DNA of 64,000 nt from Polyangiaceae bacterium (GTDB lineage: Bacteria > Myxococcota_A > Polyangia > Polyangiales > Polyangiaceae): contig JBNKBE010000004.1 of NCBI GenBank assembly GCA_050287085.1, positions 254,722-318,721 on the forward strand, written 5' to 3'. The notes under the pieces were generated by a model. The model was not told the DNA's origin. It made no database searches and worked only from the letters and a program-made list of their open reading frames with translations. A program made the translations under genes and the position numbers. Numbering within the stretch: position 1 is the stretch's first letter; every line of letters begins with the position of its first letter. Shown one piece after another: positions 20,854 to 31,381 of the stretch.

Positions 20854-22596
20854 TCAGAGCGTATCCCAATCAAAGCGCTCCATGCGGGAGGTGTGCTCGG
20901 CCAGCGACTTCAGCGCATCGTCCTGATTGTCGTCGATCTCGGCAAGGGTCGTCTTCTGTCGGGCCCGGACCTGATGCGCGAAGACTCGCGCAATTTCGAG
21001 TTCCCGAGCGGCATCGGTGGCTCCCTTTTCCTGCACGGAGCGGGTGACGCGACTCAGGACAGCCACCAGCGCAAACAGGTCGATCATGATGTCGGCTAGG
21101 CGCTTGGATGCCAATTGCTTCCCGATGATCCCCTTGCCGTGCTTGCGCAGCACGCGGTCCACGGCGCCAGCGAGGTTCTGAACACCGGTTTCGAAGATCT
21201 CGGCCTCGCGTTTCAGTTCCGCAGCAACTCCGGAGAGACTCCCCTCTTCGCCTCGAATCCGGGCGGCCAGCTTGCCCCGTTTGAGGGCGTATTCGGATAG
21301 AACGCCAAATCCCTTGATGGGGTCATTGAAAACGCCCTGCAAAGAAGCTTGGAGCTCCTTGAGTTGAGCTCCAACGCCACCCATCGCGGACAAGGCAATA
21401 AACAGGCGAAGCACCTCGTTGGTGCCTTCAAAGATCCGGTTGATGCGCGAGTCTCGCAGAATGCGCTGGTAGGGATACTCCATCATGTATCCATTGCCCG
21501 CCGCGATCTGAAGGGCCTCGTCCGCGGTGCGCCACAAGCATTCTGTGGCGAAGACTTTCGAGATGGCAGCCTCCACCGCGTAGTCCTCATATCCTTGATC
21601 GCTCAGGCCCGCGACCATCGTCACAACGGCTTCAGTCGCGTAGCAGTCAACGACCATCTGTCCAAGCTTCTCTTTGATGAGACCATATTCAGCGATCGCC
21701 TTGCCGAATTGCTTGCGTTCATTCGCCTGCTTCGAGGCGCGCTCAATCAGTCGTTTCATCGCTCCGATCGAACCCCCGCCGAGCCCGCTGCGGCCGCTGT
21801 TGAGGATTGTCATCGCGATTTTGAAGCCCTTGTTGACTTCACCGAGGACATTGTCGACCGGGACCCTCACGTTGTCGAAGGTGACCGTTGTGGTCGAGCT
21901 GGCTCGAATCCCGAGCTTGTCCTCGTGCGGGCCGATGGTGATATCCCCCATGTCCTTGGTCACCAAGAACGCGGTGATCTTGCCTCGGCCCTCACTGCTG
22001 GTCTTTGCGAAGACCGTGTAGAAGTCGGCAATCCCCCCGTTGGTGATCCAGAGCTTGCTTCCGCTCAGCACCCAAGCGTCGCCGTCCAACTCAGCGTGAG
22101 TCTTGATCGAGGCGGCGTCGGAGCCCGCCCCGGGCTCCGTCAGACAGAAGGCGGCGATCAATTCCCCGCTGACGAGCTTAGGGAAGTACCGAGACTTCTG
22201 CTCGTCATTGCCAAACAACAGCAATCCGCGCATGCCTATCGAGCTATGGGCACCCACGGTCACCGCTACCGATGCGTCGTAGCGGGCCAGCTCTTGTAGC
22301 GTACGAGAATACGCCCCCGAACCAAAACCGAGCCCCCCGTATTGCTCGGGGATCACGAGGCCAAAGAGCCCGAACTCTCGGAGCTCTTGGATGAACTCCG
22401 GGGGCATTTCTCCCGCCTTATCCCAGCGCGCGAAGTCTTCCTCATGGCTGTGCATGAGCTGCCCAACGGAGTCCGTGACGCCGCGCAGGAGCTCAGCCTG
22501 CTCTTCGTCGAGTGCCGGAAAGGGCATAACCATACTGGACTCGATGCTGCCCATGCACAGGCTACGCATGAAACTCAAACTCTGCTTGTCGCCCAA
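20854..22596 (-). CDS. Acyl-CoA dehydrogenase (VLCAD/ACAD9-like, extended C-terminus)
   Basis: AFCLTEPGAGSDA, KLWITNGG, RKQFG, RIFEGTNE; TTG start with AGGAGG RBS. Confidence 0.93.
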   Translation of the reverse strand: MGDKQSLSFMRSLCMGSIESSMVMPFPALDEEQAELLRGVTDSVGQLMHSHEEDFARWDKAGEMPPEFIQELREFGLFGLVIPEQYGGLGFGSGAYSRTLQELARYDASVAVTVGAHSSIGMRGLLLFGNDEQKSRYFPKLVSGELIAAFCLTEPGAGSDAASIKTHAELDGDAWVLSGSKLWITNGGIADFYTVFAKTSSEGRGKITAFLVTKDMGDITIGPHEDKLGIRASSTTTVTFDNVRVPVDNVLGEVNKGFKIAMTILNSGRSGLGGGSIGAMKRLIERASKQANERKQFGKAIAEYGLIKEKLGQMVVDCYATEAVVTMVAGLSDQGYEDYAVEAAISKVFATECLWRTADEALQIAAGNGYMMEYPYQRILRDSRINRIFEGTNEVLRLFIALSAMGGVGAQLKELQASLQGVFNDPIKGFGVLSEYALKRGKLAARIRGEEGSLSGVAAELKREAEIFETGVQNLAGAVDRVLRKHGKGIIGKQLASKRLADIMIDLFALVAVLSRVTRSVQEKGATDAARELEIARVFAHQVRARQKTTLAEIDDNQDDALKSLAEHTSRMERFDWDTL

Positions 22597-22931
22597 GAAG
22601 ACCTCCTGAAGTCCTTGCGGACCGCTTGTCGTCGCAGTCCGGAGCCGGCTGCGATCGTCAAAAATCCAATCACTAGAGTATTCGCTACTGCCCGTGCGGC
22701 CTCATGAGCCACAAACGCACCCACCGCGGGTTCTGGGACCCAGTGGGTGTCATTTCCGTATCTTGGCGCAGGGGCCGTATCCCCAGTGTGGCCTGAAACC
22801 AGGGGGCGCGCTGCTCTCGTATGCCGCTTGGGGCTCGAGTGCCGCGCCGCGGGCGGCTGTGCGTTCTGCTGCTCTTCGGGTGTCGTAGGCCGGTGCGAGG
22901 CACGCGCGCCCCGTCGCTCCCCCGGGGATCG

Positions 22932-23984
22932 CTACGGCGTCGCCCCGGGTGTCTCGGGCAGGAGCGCCTCGAGCAGCCCAGCTGGGGCGTCCAGCGAAAA
23001 TGTTACGCGTTGGTCCGCGCGATCGACTGTCACCGCCTCCGCCAGAGAGACCGTGGGCGCTAACAAGTGCTGCACCATGGCGGGGGCCGAGCGCGCTCGC
23101 TCACGCACCGCGGCGAGCTCAGCCCGAGCGAGCGTGGCCACCCTTTCCGCCTGGGCCTTGTCGCGGGCCGTGAGGGTCCCGACGAGCGACGCATGCTTGA
23201 CGTCGACCGTGGCTTCGACCCGCAGCGCCTTCGCACCGGTCAGCGCCTCCCCTAGCGGTGACGCGCTGAGCGCCTCTTCGAATAGCCGAGACGATGCAAC
23301 GAGGGTCGCCATCGCGCGACTTTCTCCAAGCCCGTAGCCAGCGTCCGCGACGCCCGGCTTGAGATGGGCGGCCAGAAGGGCCTTCTGGTTGGAGAGCAGC
23401 AGCGTCCGCTCCGGCGTCTGAAGCAACCAACGGCCGTCGCGTTGTAGCGCCGTCAGTCCGCTCACACTTTCTTGCAGCACTCCAACCGAGTCGGGCAAGT
23501 GTTGGCGCACCAAGGGCAACACGCCCTCCGGGAAGCGACCCGACACGGCCGCCATGAACACCGAGCCGAGCTCCGCACCTCCCACCGGGTTGGGCCGGAA
23601 CAAGCAGATGGCGATCTGCTCAAGGTCGCGCCGAGGGTCCACGCCAGCGCCGTTGAGCAGCGCCTGAAAAGACTGCTGTTCTGCGGTGGCTGGGCGGCCC
23701 GGCCGCCCTTCCCCGGGTTCCAGCAGAAGCTCGGCGATGCGCGGATTGGCGAGCAACGCATGAGCGCGCACCAGTAGAAGCACGTCACAGTCGCTAGGCA
23801 TATACCTGAGCGCATCCGGCGATGCTGCCAATGCCGAGACCGCGGTGGGAGCGGAAGCGGGCGCTTGTTGCGTGGAGCTCTCCTCCGGAGCGGAATGAGA
23901 GCTCGATCGGTCACACTGACAGCCCCAGCCAACGCCCAGTGCCCACGCCGTGGCCAGCGCAACCCGCCTTATTGAAGCCATCAC
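22932..23984 (-). CDS. Hypothetical exported/lipoprotein
   Basis: Signal-like N-terminus with Cys, low-complexity linker, globular region; 4-bp overlap with the upstream HAD gene. Confidence 0.6.
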   Translation of the reverse strand: MMASIRRVALATAWALGVGWGCQCDRSSSHSAPEESSTQQAPASAPTAVSALAASPDALRYMPSDCDVLLLVRAHALLANPRIAELLLEPGEGRPGRPATAEQQSFQALLNGAGVDPRRDLEQIAICLFRPNPVGGAELGSVFMAAVSGRFPEGVLPLVRQHLPDSVGVLQESVSGLTALQRDGRWLLQTPERTLLLSNQKALLAAHLKPGVADAGYGLGESRAMATLVASSRLFEEALSASPLGEALTGAKALRVEATVDVKHASLVGTLTARDKAQAERVATLARAELAAVRERARSAPAMVQHLLAPTVSLAEAVTVDRADQRVTFSLDAPAGLLEALLPETPGATP

Positions 23985-24613
23985 GAGACATTCTCCAATC
24001 CGGGGGGCACCCGAAAACGGCCTGAATTATCCACGGCGACCCAGCCCATCCCGGCGCGTTCAGCAGCGAGCAGCCCAAGCTCGGCGTCTTCGAAGACCAC
24101 ACACCGTTCCGGGCGCACCGCCAAACGTTCGGCGCAGCGTAAGAAGACGTCGGGCGCCGGCTTTCCGGGCAGGACTTCACCCGCGCAGATCGCAAAGTCG
24201 AACCATGACGCTATCTCGAGAGCCTCGAGGGCGCGTTGAACGTGCTGCCGACGGCTGCCCGAGGCCACGGCCATTGGTTTCAGCCCGACTTGTGTGCGGC
24301 AGGCTTCGACCACCGGCTCGACCGGGCCGAGGGCCGTCGAGCCAAGGTCATAGGCCGTCTGATAGTCGCGTTCGACGCGGGCCGGATCGAGTGTTGTTCC
24401 GAACTGCGCGTTGAGCTCTGAAACCGTATGAAGCAGCGACATCCCGGCTCGGGACATGAACAAGTCCCACGAAAAGTCGAAGGGGGCTTCGCTCGCCCGA
24501 AGGGCGCTCTGCCAAGCACGGTGATGGGCGGGCATGCTGTCTACGAGCGTTCCGTCGCAGTCGAGAATCCAAGCATCAGCGCTCCAGGCCGCAGCCGGAA
24601 TGTGAAGGCGCAT
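23981..24613 (-). CDS. HAD-family phosphatase (YqaB/beta-PGM-like)
   Basis: DCDGTLVDS, VASGS, KPAPD, VFEDA. Confidence 0.9.
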   Translation of the reverse strand: MRLHIPAAAWSADAWILDCDGTLVDSMPAHHRAWQSALRASEAPFDFSWDLFMSRAGMSLLHTVSELNAQFGTTLDPARVERDYQTAYDLGSTALGPVEPVVEACRTQVGLKPMAVASGSRRQHVQRALEALEIASWFDFAICAGEVLPGKPAPDVFLRCAERLAVRPERCVVFEDAELGLLAAERAGMGWVAVDNSGRFRVPPGLENVS

Positions 24614-24753
24614 AGTCGCTGGCAGTCTACACTGGCGCCCCTGGGATCGCCGCTAGCTCCTGATCCCGCATACGCGCGAGCGGCCAACCAGTCGAGTGTG
24701 TGACCTCAGCCGGGAGCGGTCCGGAAACGCTGAATCTCGTTATAGTGCCGGCG

Positions 24754-25356
24754 ATGACGAGCGAGCCCTTTGGCGAGGCCTACTACCAGCGATTCTATCT
24801 GGATCCGGAAACCCGGGTCTACTCCGCCAAAGAACACGATGCTCTGGCACGTTATGTCGTGGGGTTTGCAGAATGGAATCAACTGCCGACGACCCGCATT
24901 CTGGACGTCGGGGCCGGCGTCGGCTTGTGGCGCGATTGGATCGCTCGCCATCTGCCGGAAGCACAATACACCGGGACCGAAGTCAGCGCCTTCATGGCCA
25001 AGAAGTGCGGCTATGTTCATTGCGACATCGCCCACTGGCGCTCGCGCTCCAAATACGATCTCATCATCTGCCAAGGGGTACTTCAGTACCTGAGTGACGC
25101 TGCCGTGGAATCGGCGGTGGCCAACATTGCGGCTATGGCCAGGGGCCTGGTGTTCTTCGAAGCGCTCACCAAACAGGACCTGGAAGAACGCGCCGACCGG
25201 GACCGGACGGACGGCGACGTCCACGTTCGCTCAGGCCGCTTCTACCGACAGCTCTTCCGTCGGCACTTTGACATCATTGGCGCTGGGTTGTATTGGCCGC
25301 GCGACTACGAGAGCCCCTTCTGGGAGCTGGACGTGGGCTACCCGAGCTCCCGCTGA
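24754..25356 (+). CDS. Class I SAM-dependent methyltransferase
   Basis: ILDVGAGVG, YDLIICQGVLQYL. Confidence 0.85.
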   Translation: MTSEPFGEAYYQRFYLDPETRVYSAKEHDALARYVVGFAEWNQLPTTRILDVGAGVGLWRDWIARHLPEAQYTGTEVSAFMAKKCGYVHCDIAHWRSRSKYDLIICQGVLQYLSDAAVESAVANIAAMARGLVFFEALTKQDLEERADRDRTDGDVHVRSGRFYRQLFRRHFDIIGAGLYWPRDYESPFWELDVGYPSSR

Positions 25357-25369
25357 GGAAAGCGACGCC

Positions 25370-25654
25370 ATGAACACGAAAAACGCCGTCAAGATGAGCA
25401 TCACCTTGCTGTGTTTGGCTGCAAGCGCCGGGTCGCTGTACAACGTGAACTCTGACATTGGTCCGCTGCAGGCCCAGGCCGAAGCGATCGCCTGCCCGAA
25501 GAAGTGCGCGAGCCTTAGGGCGCTCAGTCGGACCCCTTTCGCTCAGACTTTCACGTTTCAGCTGGGCGCTGGAGCCGCGCGGACGGCGACGGTCAAGTGC
25601 GCTCGCTCCTGGGTGTTTCTTGGCGCGTATGAATGCGAGCGCGCCAGCCCCTGA
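25370..25654 (+). CDS. Small secreted or membrane-anchored Cys-containing protein
   Basis: GAGGAAAG RBS-like sequence, hydrophobic N-terminus, four Cys in the mature part. Confidence 0.6.
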   Translation: MNTKNAVKMSITLLCLAASAGSLYNVNSDIGPLQAQAEAIACPKKCASLRALSRTPFAQTFTFQLGAGAARTATVKCARSWVFLGAYECERASP

Positions 25655-25681
25655 TGCGCGAGGAGCGCGCGCCCCTCAGCG

Positions 25682-26482
25682 TCAGTTAGGGCAACGGGCG
25701 TCGGCCAGCGGCCGTAGCAGCGAGAGCTCTCGCTCCACTTCTTTTCGGTCGGCGCTAACGGGCCCCGCGAGGTAGCGTTCATAGTCCGCCACGGCCGAGC
25801 GCGGAGCGCCGAGCCGGGCAAATAGGCGAGCTCGATCGCGATACACCGGCGAGGCCTCCGGCCCCCCAAGCGTGGCAAGCGACGTCAGCACCACGAGCAG
25901 CGGTCCCTTGTTGGACTCGGCCCGCAAGAGCTCGCGAATGAGGAGAAGCCATTTGCGAGCCATGTGGCGTGGCGCGACGGCCGCGAGGCGTCCGGGATCG
26001 AAATCGGGGTGGCCTGTTGTTTCTTCGGCGACCAGGTGGAGGTCGTCGCGATTGAGCTCGAATCCGCTGCGCGGGTCGAGCAGCGCGGAGCGATCTACGT
26101 GGGCAACGGGTCTTCGATCCACGAGACGCAGCAAGGGCAGGCCGGGAAAGTCCACCCACTCCACCGCTCCGCCGGCTTGTTCTGCGATCGTCGCAAGGGC
26201 GAGAGCCAGAACCAAAGGCCCTGCCGGACGATGACCCAGGGCGGTCGGCAACAGCCCGGCCAAGCTGGGCTCCGTTTCTGCCACCAGACCACCCGGCACG
26301 AAGAGAGCGTCTCGCAAGCGAGCCGCTTGTTCTTTTGGGGCTAGTCGTTCGAAGTCGGTGCCATCGAGCCGCGAGCCGAGCTTGTGAACCACACCGCTCG
26401 CTCGGCTCGCGGCGCCAGGAACGGCGCTGAGTCGGTCGGCGACGTCCAGCGCGAGCGTGAACCATTCGAGGCTTGATTGCAC
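25682..26482 (-). CDS. SirB1-like (transglutaminase-like core + TPR) protein
   Basis: GPLVLALALATIAEQAG...VDFPG, LLDP, C-terminal TPR YRDRARLFARLG...AVADYERYL. Confidence 0.75.
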   Translation of the reverse strand: MQSSLEWFTLALDVADRLSAVPGAASRASGVVHKLGSRLDGTDFERLAPKEQAARLRDALFVPGGLVAETEPSLAGLLPTALGHRPAGPLVLALALATIAEQAGGAVEWVDFPGLPLLRLVDRRPVAHVDRSALLDPRSGFELNRDDLHLVAEETTGHPDFDPGRLAAVAPRHMARKWLLLIRELLRAESNKGPLLVVLTSLATLGGPEASPVYRDRARLFARLGAPRSAVADYERYLAGPVSADRKEVERELSLLRPLADARCPN

Positions 26483-26599
26483 TCGCCGGAGCTTAGCAAA
26501 AGCGCGTGCCCCACAGGCCGGTTATCTTGAACCGAGCGCGCCTTTGCCTGGCGACAGCTCTCGCCAAACCGGATCGCTTGGAGTAGGTTCCGGCGCCGT

Positions 26600-27835
26600 A
26601 TGTTGCTGCAGGAACTACAGGGCAAGAAGATCGGGATCTGCGTCTCCGGCGGGCTCGACAGCAAAACCGTGACAACCCGTCTGAAGGAGGCCGGTGCGGA
26701 CGTGTTGTGTTTTACCGCCGACCTCGCACAGCCGGACGAAGAGGACATCTCGGGGGTCGTGGCCAAGATGAGCCCCACCGGCGCAGAGACGGTTGTCGTC
26801 GACCTCCGAAGCGAGATGGCCGAGGCCTGCTTTGAGGTGATTCGAGCGCAGGCTACGTATGACGGCGGATACTGGAATACGACGGGGATTGCGCGTGCCG
26901 TAACGGTTCGCGGCCTGCTGGGCGCTATGCAGGAGCGCGGCTGCGCCGTGCTCGCACACGGCGCGACTGGCCGTGGCAACGATCAGCTGCGCTTCGAGCG
27001 CTACACCAACGTCTTGGCTCCTGACATGGACGTCTACGCGCCCTGGCGCGACCCCGGCCTGCTTGCGCAGTTTCCAGGACGGCGTGAGATGGCCGCCTAC
27101 CTGAAGGCGAAGGGCATCGAAGCCGATGTTGGTCCGCGCAAGCGCTATAGCACCGATGCGAACTTGGCGGGCCTCTCCCACGAAGCCGAGGACCTCGAGA
27201 GCTTGAGCACCGCCTGCACCATCGTCGAGCCGACCATGGGCGTGTGGCCTCACCAGGCGCCGGACCAGATCCGCAGCGTGACGCTCGAGTACGAGGCGGG
27301 ACGTTGCGTTGCTATCGACGGCAAGCGAGATACCCCCCTTGGGCTGATGCTGGAGGCTAATCGCATTGGGGGCGAGTGCGGCGTTGGCATGCGCAACGCT
27401 TTGGAGAATCGCGTCATCGGCACGAAGAGTCGCGGCGTGTACGAAGCCCCCGGCATGGAGGTGCTGGGGACCGGTCTGGCGTATGTCTATCAGGCCGTCT
27501 TAGACCGCCGCTCAACCCACCTATTCAAACAGCTCTCCGGCTTGATCGCCGACCAGATCTACGACGGTCGGTATTTCGATCCCGCAACCCAAGCCGCGCA
27601 GGCGGCGATCGCGTCTCTGGCTCGCACCGCCACTGGCAAGGTCGAACTCGGCTTGTATCGGGGCCACCTGTACTTCCACAAGATGTGGGATTGCCCCCAC
27701 TCGCTCTACAACGAGGCCGATTCATCCATGGAGGCCTCTGAAGGGCTCAACCCGACCAGCTCTCAGGGGTATGTCGAAGTGCAGAGCGTCGAGGCCAAGG
27801 TGATGGCAAAGGCGGGGCAGGTTCGTGCTCGCTAA
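26600..27835 (+). CDS. argG: Argininosuccinate synthase
   Basis: SGGLDS, HGATGRGNDQLRF, YSTDANL, ENRVIGTKSRGVYEAPG. Confidence 0.96.
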   Translation: MLLQELQGKKIGICVSGGLDSKTVTTRLKEAGADVLCFTADLAQPDEEDISGVVAKMSPTGAETVVVDLRSEMAEACFEVIRAQATYDGGYWNTTGIARAVTVRGLLGAMQERGCAVLAHGATGRGNDQLRFERYTNVLAPDMDVYAPWRDPGLLAQFPGRREMAAYLKAKGIEADVGPRKRYSTDANLAGLSHEAEDLESLSTACTIVEPTMGVWPHQAPDQIRSVTLEYEAGRCVAIDGKRDTPLGLMLEANRIGGECGVGMRNALENRVIGTKSRGVYEAPGMEVLGTGLAYVYQAVLDRRSTHLFKQLSGLIADQIYDGRYFDPATQAAQAAIASLARTATGKVELGLYRGHLYFHKMWDCPHSLYNEADSSMEASEGLNPTSSQGYVEVQSVEAKVMAKAGQVRAR

Positions 27836-29876
27836 GCGTGCGGAGCGCGCCAGAGCTGCGTCGGGAGTGACGCCTTCCGCAGGACGACCCGGGCGAGTTG
27901 CCCTGCGCGCCCTGCTACCCGGGCTAGCAGCCATGGGCCTGGCGGCGTTTGGCTGTCGTTCAGGATACCATCCGGTGCCGCAGCCCCCTCCGTCGACCTC
28001 ACCGAAGGTGGATCGTTGCGTGGCTCCCGAGCAGCCCATGGCTCCGGTGACAGCCGATCCGGCGGGACGTTTCCCACGCAACGGATGCGTGGAACGGGCA
28101 GCAGAACTGGTCCGCACCCTGTCTCTGGAAGAGAAGCTGGGGCAAATGATGCAGCCTGAGCGCGCAGCCATCCGGGATCCCAAGCAGATCACTACCCACG
28201 GCTTCGGCTCGATTCTCTCCGGGGGGGGCTCGGCCCCGAGCCCCAACACGCCCGTGGCGTGGGCTCAGATGGTCAACGCCTACCGTGAGGCCTCACTTGC
28301 GTCGAAGAGCGCCATACCCATGCTCTACGGCGTGGATGCGGTACACGGCCACAACAACGTAGCCGGCGCCGTCATCTTCCCTCATAACATCGGTCTGGGC
28401 GCAAGTCGCGACGCCGAGCTCGTACAGCAAATCGGGCGCGCCACAGCAGAAGCCGTTGCCGGCACCCAGATCGATTGGGACTTCGCGCCGGTGCTGGCGG
28501 CCGCACGAGACGAGCGCTGGGGCCGCACCTACGAGGCCTATGGCGAGACCGAAGAACTCGCGGAACTGCTAGGGCCAGCGATGATCCGCGGCCTCCAAGG
28601 AGACGCCCTGGGACAAGCGCAACCCAGCGTTCTCGCCTGCGCGAAGCACTACTTGGGGGACGGGTACACGAGCGGGGGCAAAGACCAAGGGGATGCGGAG
28701 GTGAGCGAGGCCCTAGCGATCGAGCGCATTCTGCCGGCGTATCGGGAAGCCATCGCCGCGGGCGTCGGGTCCGTGATGGTGTCGTACAGCAGCTTGAGCG
28801 GCAAGAAGATGCATTGTCATGGCCACATGATCAACGACATCCTCAAGGGTGAACTTGGCTTCCGCGGCTTCGTGATCTCCGATTACGCCGCGATCGAGCA
28901 GCTGCCGGGCAACTACAGCGACCAATTGGCCAGTGCGATCAACGCTGGCGTGGATATGGTGATGGCGCCGAAAGCGCATACCGGATTCATCACGACGCTC
29001 AAGGAGCTTGTTCCAGCGCGGGTACCCGAAGCGCGCATCGACGACGCGGTAACCCGCATCCTCGCCACCAAATGCTCGCTGGGGCTGCTCGATGAGGGCC
29101 GATTTGCACGCGACCGCTCAGGGCAGCTGGCTATCTCGCCGCATCTAGCCGACGTGGGGAGCGCCCAGCATCGTGCGCTGGCCCGTAGAGCAGTGCGCGA
29201 GTCCCTCGTCCTGCTCAAGAACGACGGCGTATTGCCCCTGAAACCAGCGGCTCGGGTGCACGTTGTCGGACGACACGCAGACGACGTTGGACTACAGAGC
29301 GGGGGCTGGACCATCACCTGGCAGGGCAGTCGCGGTCCCATTACGGACGGGACCACGCTGCTCGGGGGGCTTCGGGAAGTGCTCGGGGCCGAACGGATAA
29401 GCTACTCGGCGTCGGCGGCTCAAGAGGGCGCAGAGGTCAACGTTCTGGCGATCGGAGAGACGCCCTACGCCGAGTACAAAGGGGATAGCACGGACCTCAG
29501 GCTTCCCGACGAGGCCTACGACCTGGCAGCTCAGCTCGGCGCGCTGGATGTCCCATTGGTTGTGGTCTTGTTCACGGGGCGTCCGGTTGTGCTTGGACCC
29601 ATCCTTGACGCCGCCGACGCCCTGGTGGCCGCGTGGCTCCCCGGCTCCGAAGGAGCTGGGATTGCCGACGTGCTCAGCGGCAAGTTCGACTTTGTTGGGC
29701 AACTGCCTCACACCTGGCCGCGCTCCGTCGAACAGGTACCGATCAACGTTGGAGACGCCCAATACGATCCGCTATTTGCCTACGGGTTTGGTCAGCGTTA
29801 CGCCCAAGCCTGCGCCGAGGCCGAGGGCAGTCCCTGCCCTGCGGCAAGCACGCCGACGCCGAGCGTTGCGCCCTAG
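27825..29876 (+). CDS. GH3 beta-glucosidase / beta-glucan exohydrolase, lipoprotein
   Basis: Lipobox LAAFGC, GSILSGGGS, YGVDAVHGHNNV, WGRTYE, AKHY, GFVISDY nucleophile, AWLPGSEG. Confidence 0.93.
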   Translation: MLAKRAERARAASGVTPSAGRPGRVALRALLPGLAAMGLAAFGCRSGYHPVPQPPPSTSPKVDRCVAPEQPMAPVTADPAGRFPRNGCVERAAELVRTLSLEEKLGQMMQPERAAIRDPKQITTHGFGSILSGGGSAPSPNTPVAWAQMVNAYREASLASKSAIPMLYGVDAVHGHNNVAGAVIFPHNIGLGASRDAELVQQIGRATAEAVAGTQIDWDFAPVLAAARDERWGRTYEAYGETEELAELLGPAMIRGLQGDALGQAQPSVLACAKHYLGDGYTSGGKDQGDAEVSEALAIERILPAYREAIAAGVGSVMVSYSSLSGKKMHCHGHMINDILKGELGFRGFVISDYAAIEQLPGNYSDQLASAINAGVDMVMAPKAHTGFITTLKELVPARVPEARIDDAVTRILATKCSLGLLDEGRFARDRSGQLAISPHLADVGSAQHRALARRAVRESLVLLKNDGVLPLKPAARVHVVGRHADDVGLQSGGWTITWQGSRGPITDGTTLLGGLREVLGAERISYSASAAQEGAEVNVLAIGETPYAEYKGDSTDLRLPDEAYDLAAQLGALDVPLVVVLFTGRPVVLGPILDAADALVAAWLPGSEGAGIADVLSGKFDFVGQLPHTWPRSVEQVPINVGDAQYDPLFAYGFGQRYAQACAEAEGSPCPAASTPTPSVAP

Positions 29877-29913
29877 ACTCAAAACCGAGCTTGTTTGACG
29901 GAGGAGATGACCC

Positions 29914-30834
29914 TTGGCTGGGAACAGCAGCAAAGCCGTGATCGCGGCATGTCTTGCCAATCTTGGTATTTGCGTTGCCAAAGCGATCGGCTTCGCGTTG
30001 ACGGGGGCCGGCTCGATGCTGGCAGAAGCCGTTCACTCCTTCGCAGATGCTGGCAACCAGGCATTGTTGCTCTGGGGAGGGGCTCGGGCCGCGCGCAGTG
30101 CAAGTTCGGAGCACCCCTTTGGCTACGCCCGAGAGCGCTACTTCTGGGCATTTGTGGTGGCGCTCGTGATCTTCCTTCTAGGAAGCGTCTTTGCGCTGTA
30201 CGAGGGTATTTCAAAGCTCGGACACCCCCACCCTCTGAGCGCGCCGGCGATTGCTGTCGGTATTCTGCTGGTGGGAGTTCTGCTCGAAGGGTGGTCCTTC
30301 AAGACGGCGCTCGCCGAAGCTCTGACTCTGAAAGCAGATCGGCCCTGGCGGGTCTTTCTCAAAGACACAAAGAGTGCGGAATTGCCCGTTGTCTTATTGG
30401 AAGACTTTGGGGCCCTGGTCGGATTGGCCATTGCGCTGGCGGGCGTTTCGCTCACTCAGATCACTGGGAACCCCATATTTGATGCCTGGGCCACCATCGC
30501 GATTGGGCTGCTCCTTGGCGTCATTGCGCTCTTTTTATCTCTAGAGATGCACAGTCTGCTGATTGGGGAGTCAGCGTCCGGTGAGCACCTGGCCTTGATT
30601 CGGGAGGCGATCGCTGAGCGGGGCGATCTGAGGCTGGTTCACCTGCGGACCATGCATCTGGGGCCGGACGAGCTCCTGGTTGCGATGAAGGTGTCTTTTG
30701 ACCCTGACCTGTCGTTTACCGAACTGACTGGGACGATCGACGAGCTGGAAAGTGGGGTCCGGCGACGGGTGCCCGCCGCTCGCTATATCTACGTGGAGCC
30801 CGACCGCTTCAAAGACGCGCCCGCCAACGCGTGA
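29914..30834 (+). CDS. Cation diffusion facilitator transporter
   Basis: AEAVHSFADAGNQ, HPFGYARERYFW, VLLED, C-terminal dimerisation domain (YVEPD); GGAGGA RBS. Confidence 0.92.
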   Translation: MAGNSSKAVIAACLANLGICVAKAIGFALTGAGSMLAEAVHSFADAGNQALLLWGGARAARSASSEHPFGYARERYFWAFVVALVIFLLGSVFALYEGISKLGHPHPLSAPAIAVGILLVGVLLEGWSFKTALAEALTLKADRPWRVFLKDTKSAELPVVLLEDFGALVGLAIALAGVSLTQITGNPIFDAWATIAIGLLLGVIALFLSLEMHSLLIGESASGEHLALIREAIAERGDLRLVHLRTMHLGPDELLVAMKVSFDPDLSFTELTGTIDELESGVRRRVPAARYIYVEPDRFKDAPANA

Positions 30835-31032
30835 GCCGCCGGGGTCCCCACGGCCGCTCGCGCGAGCCCGGCCCCCGCCGGACTAAAATTCGCCGGAGTG
30901 TGCGGGCGGGTTCCAATCCAGGCGGTGGCTGGTTAAGGTCTAAGTGGCAAGCGCTGGCCCCACCATCACCCGTCTGCGCCACCACGGTCACCAGGAGACA
31001 TCTTGAACACACAAGTTGCGACCGAAAACGTT

Positions 31033-31293
31033 ATGGAACAGGCCGTAGAACTGCTGACCCTGGGAATGGGAACGGTGTTCGTTTTCCTGGGGTTATTGGT
31101 GCTCGCCACCTCAGCCATGTCGCGGCTGCTGCAGCGTTATGCACCCCAAGCCGCGCCGGTTTCGGTTCGGCCGCGACGAGGGCAGAACCGAGCCGCGCCG
31201 GGGCGCGCTTCTAGCCGTCCGAAGACCGTCGATCCGACTTTGCGGCGAGCCGTTGAGCTCGCACTGAAGCAATACGCCAAGCGTCACCTCTGA
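31033..31293 (+). CDS. oadG: Na+-translocating oxaloacetate decarboxylase gamma subunit
   Basis: [17 protein letters not shown] single TM, Pro/Ala linker; lies directly upstream of oadA. Confidence 0.85.
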   Translation: MEQAVELLTLGMGTVFVFLGLLVLATSAMSRLLQRYAPQAAPVSVRPRRGQNRAAPGRASSRPKTVDPTLRRAVELALKQYAKRHL

Positions 31294-31381
31294 GCGCCGC
31301 GCACGGCAAGCGTCCGATGGGAGCGCCGGCGAGCGGGGGGACGTGGCCCAAGAGCCGCGCAAGCATTCAAGAAGAACCGAC

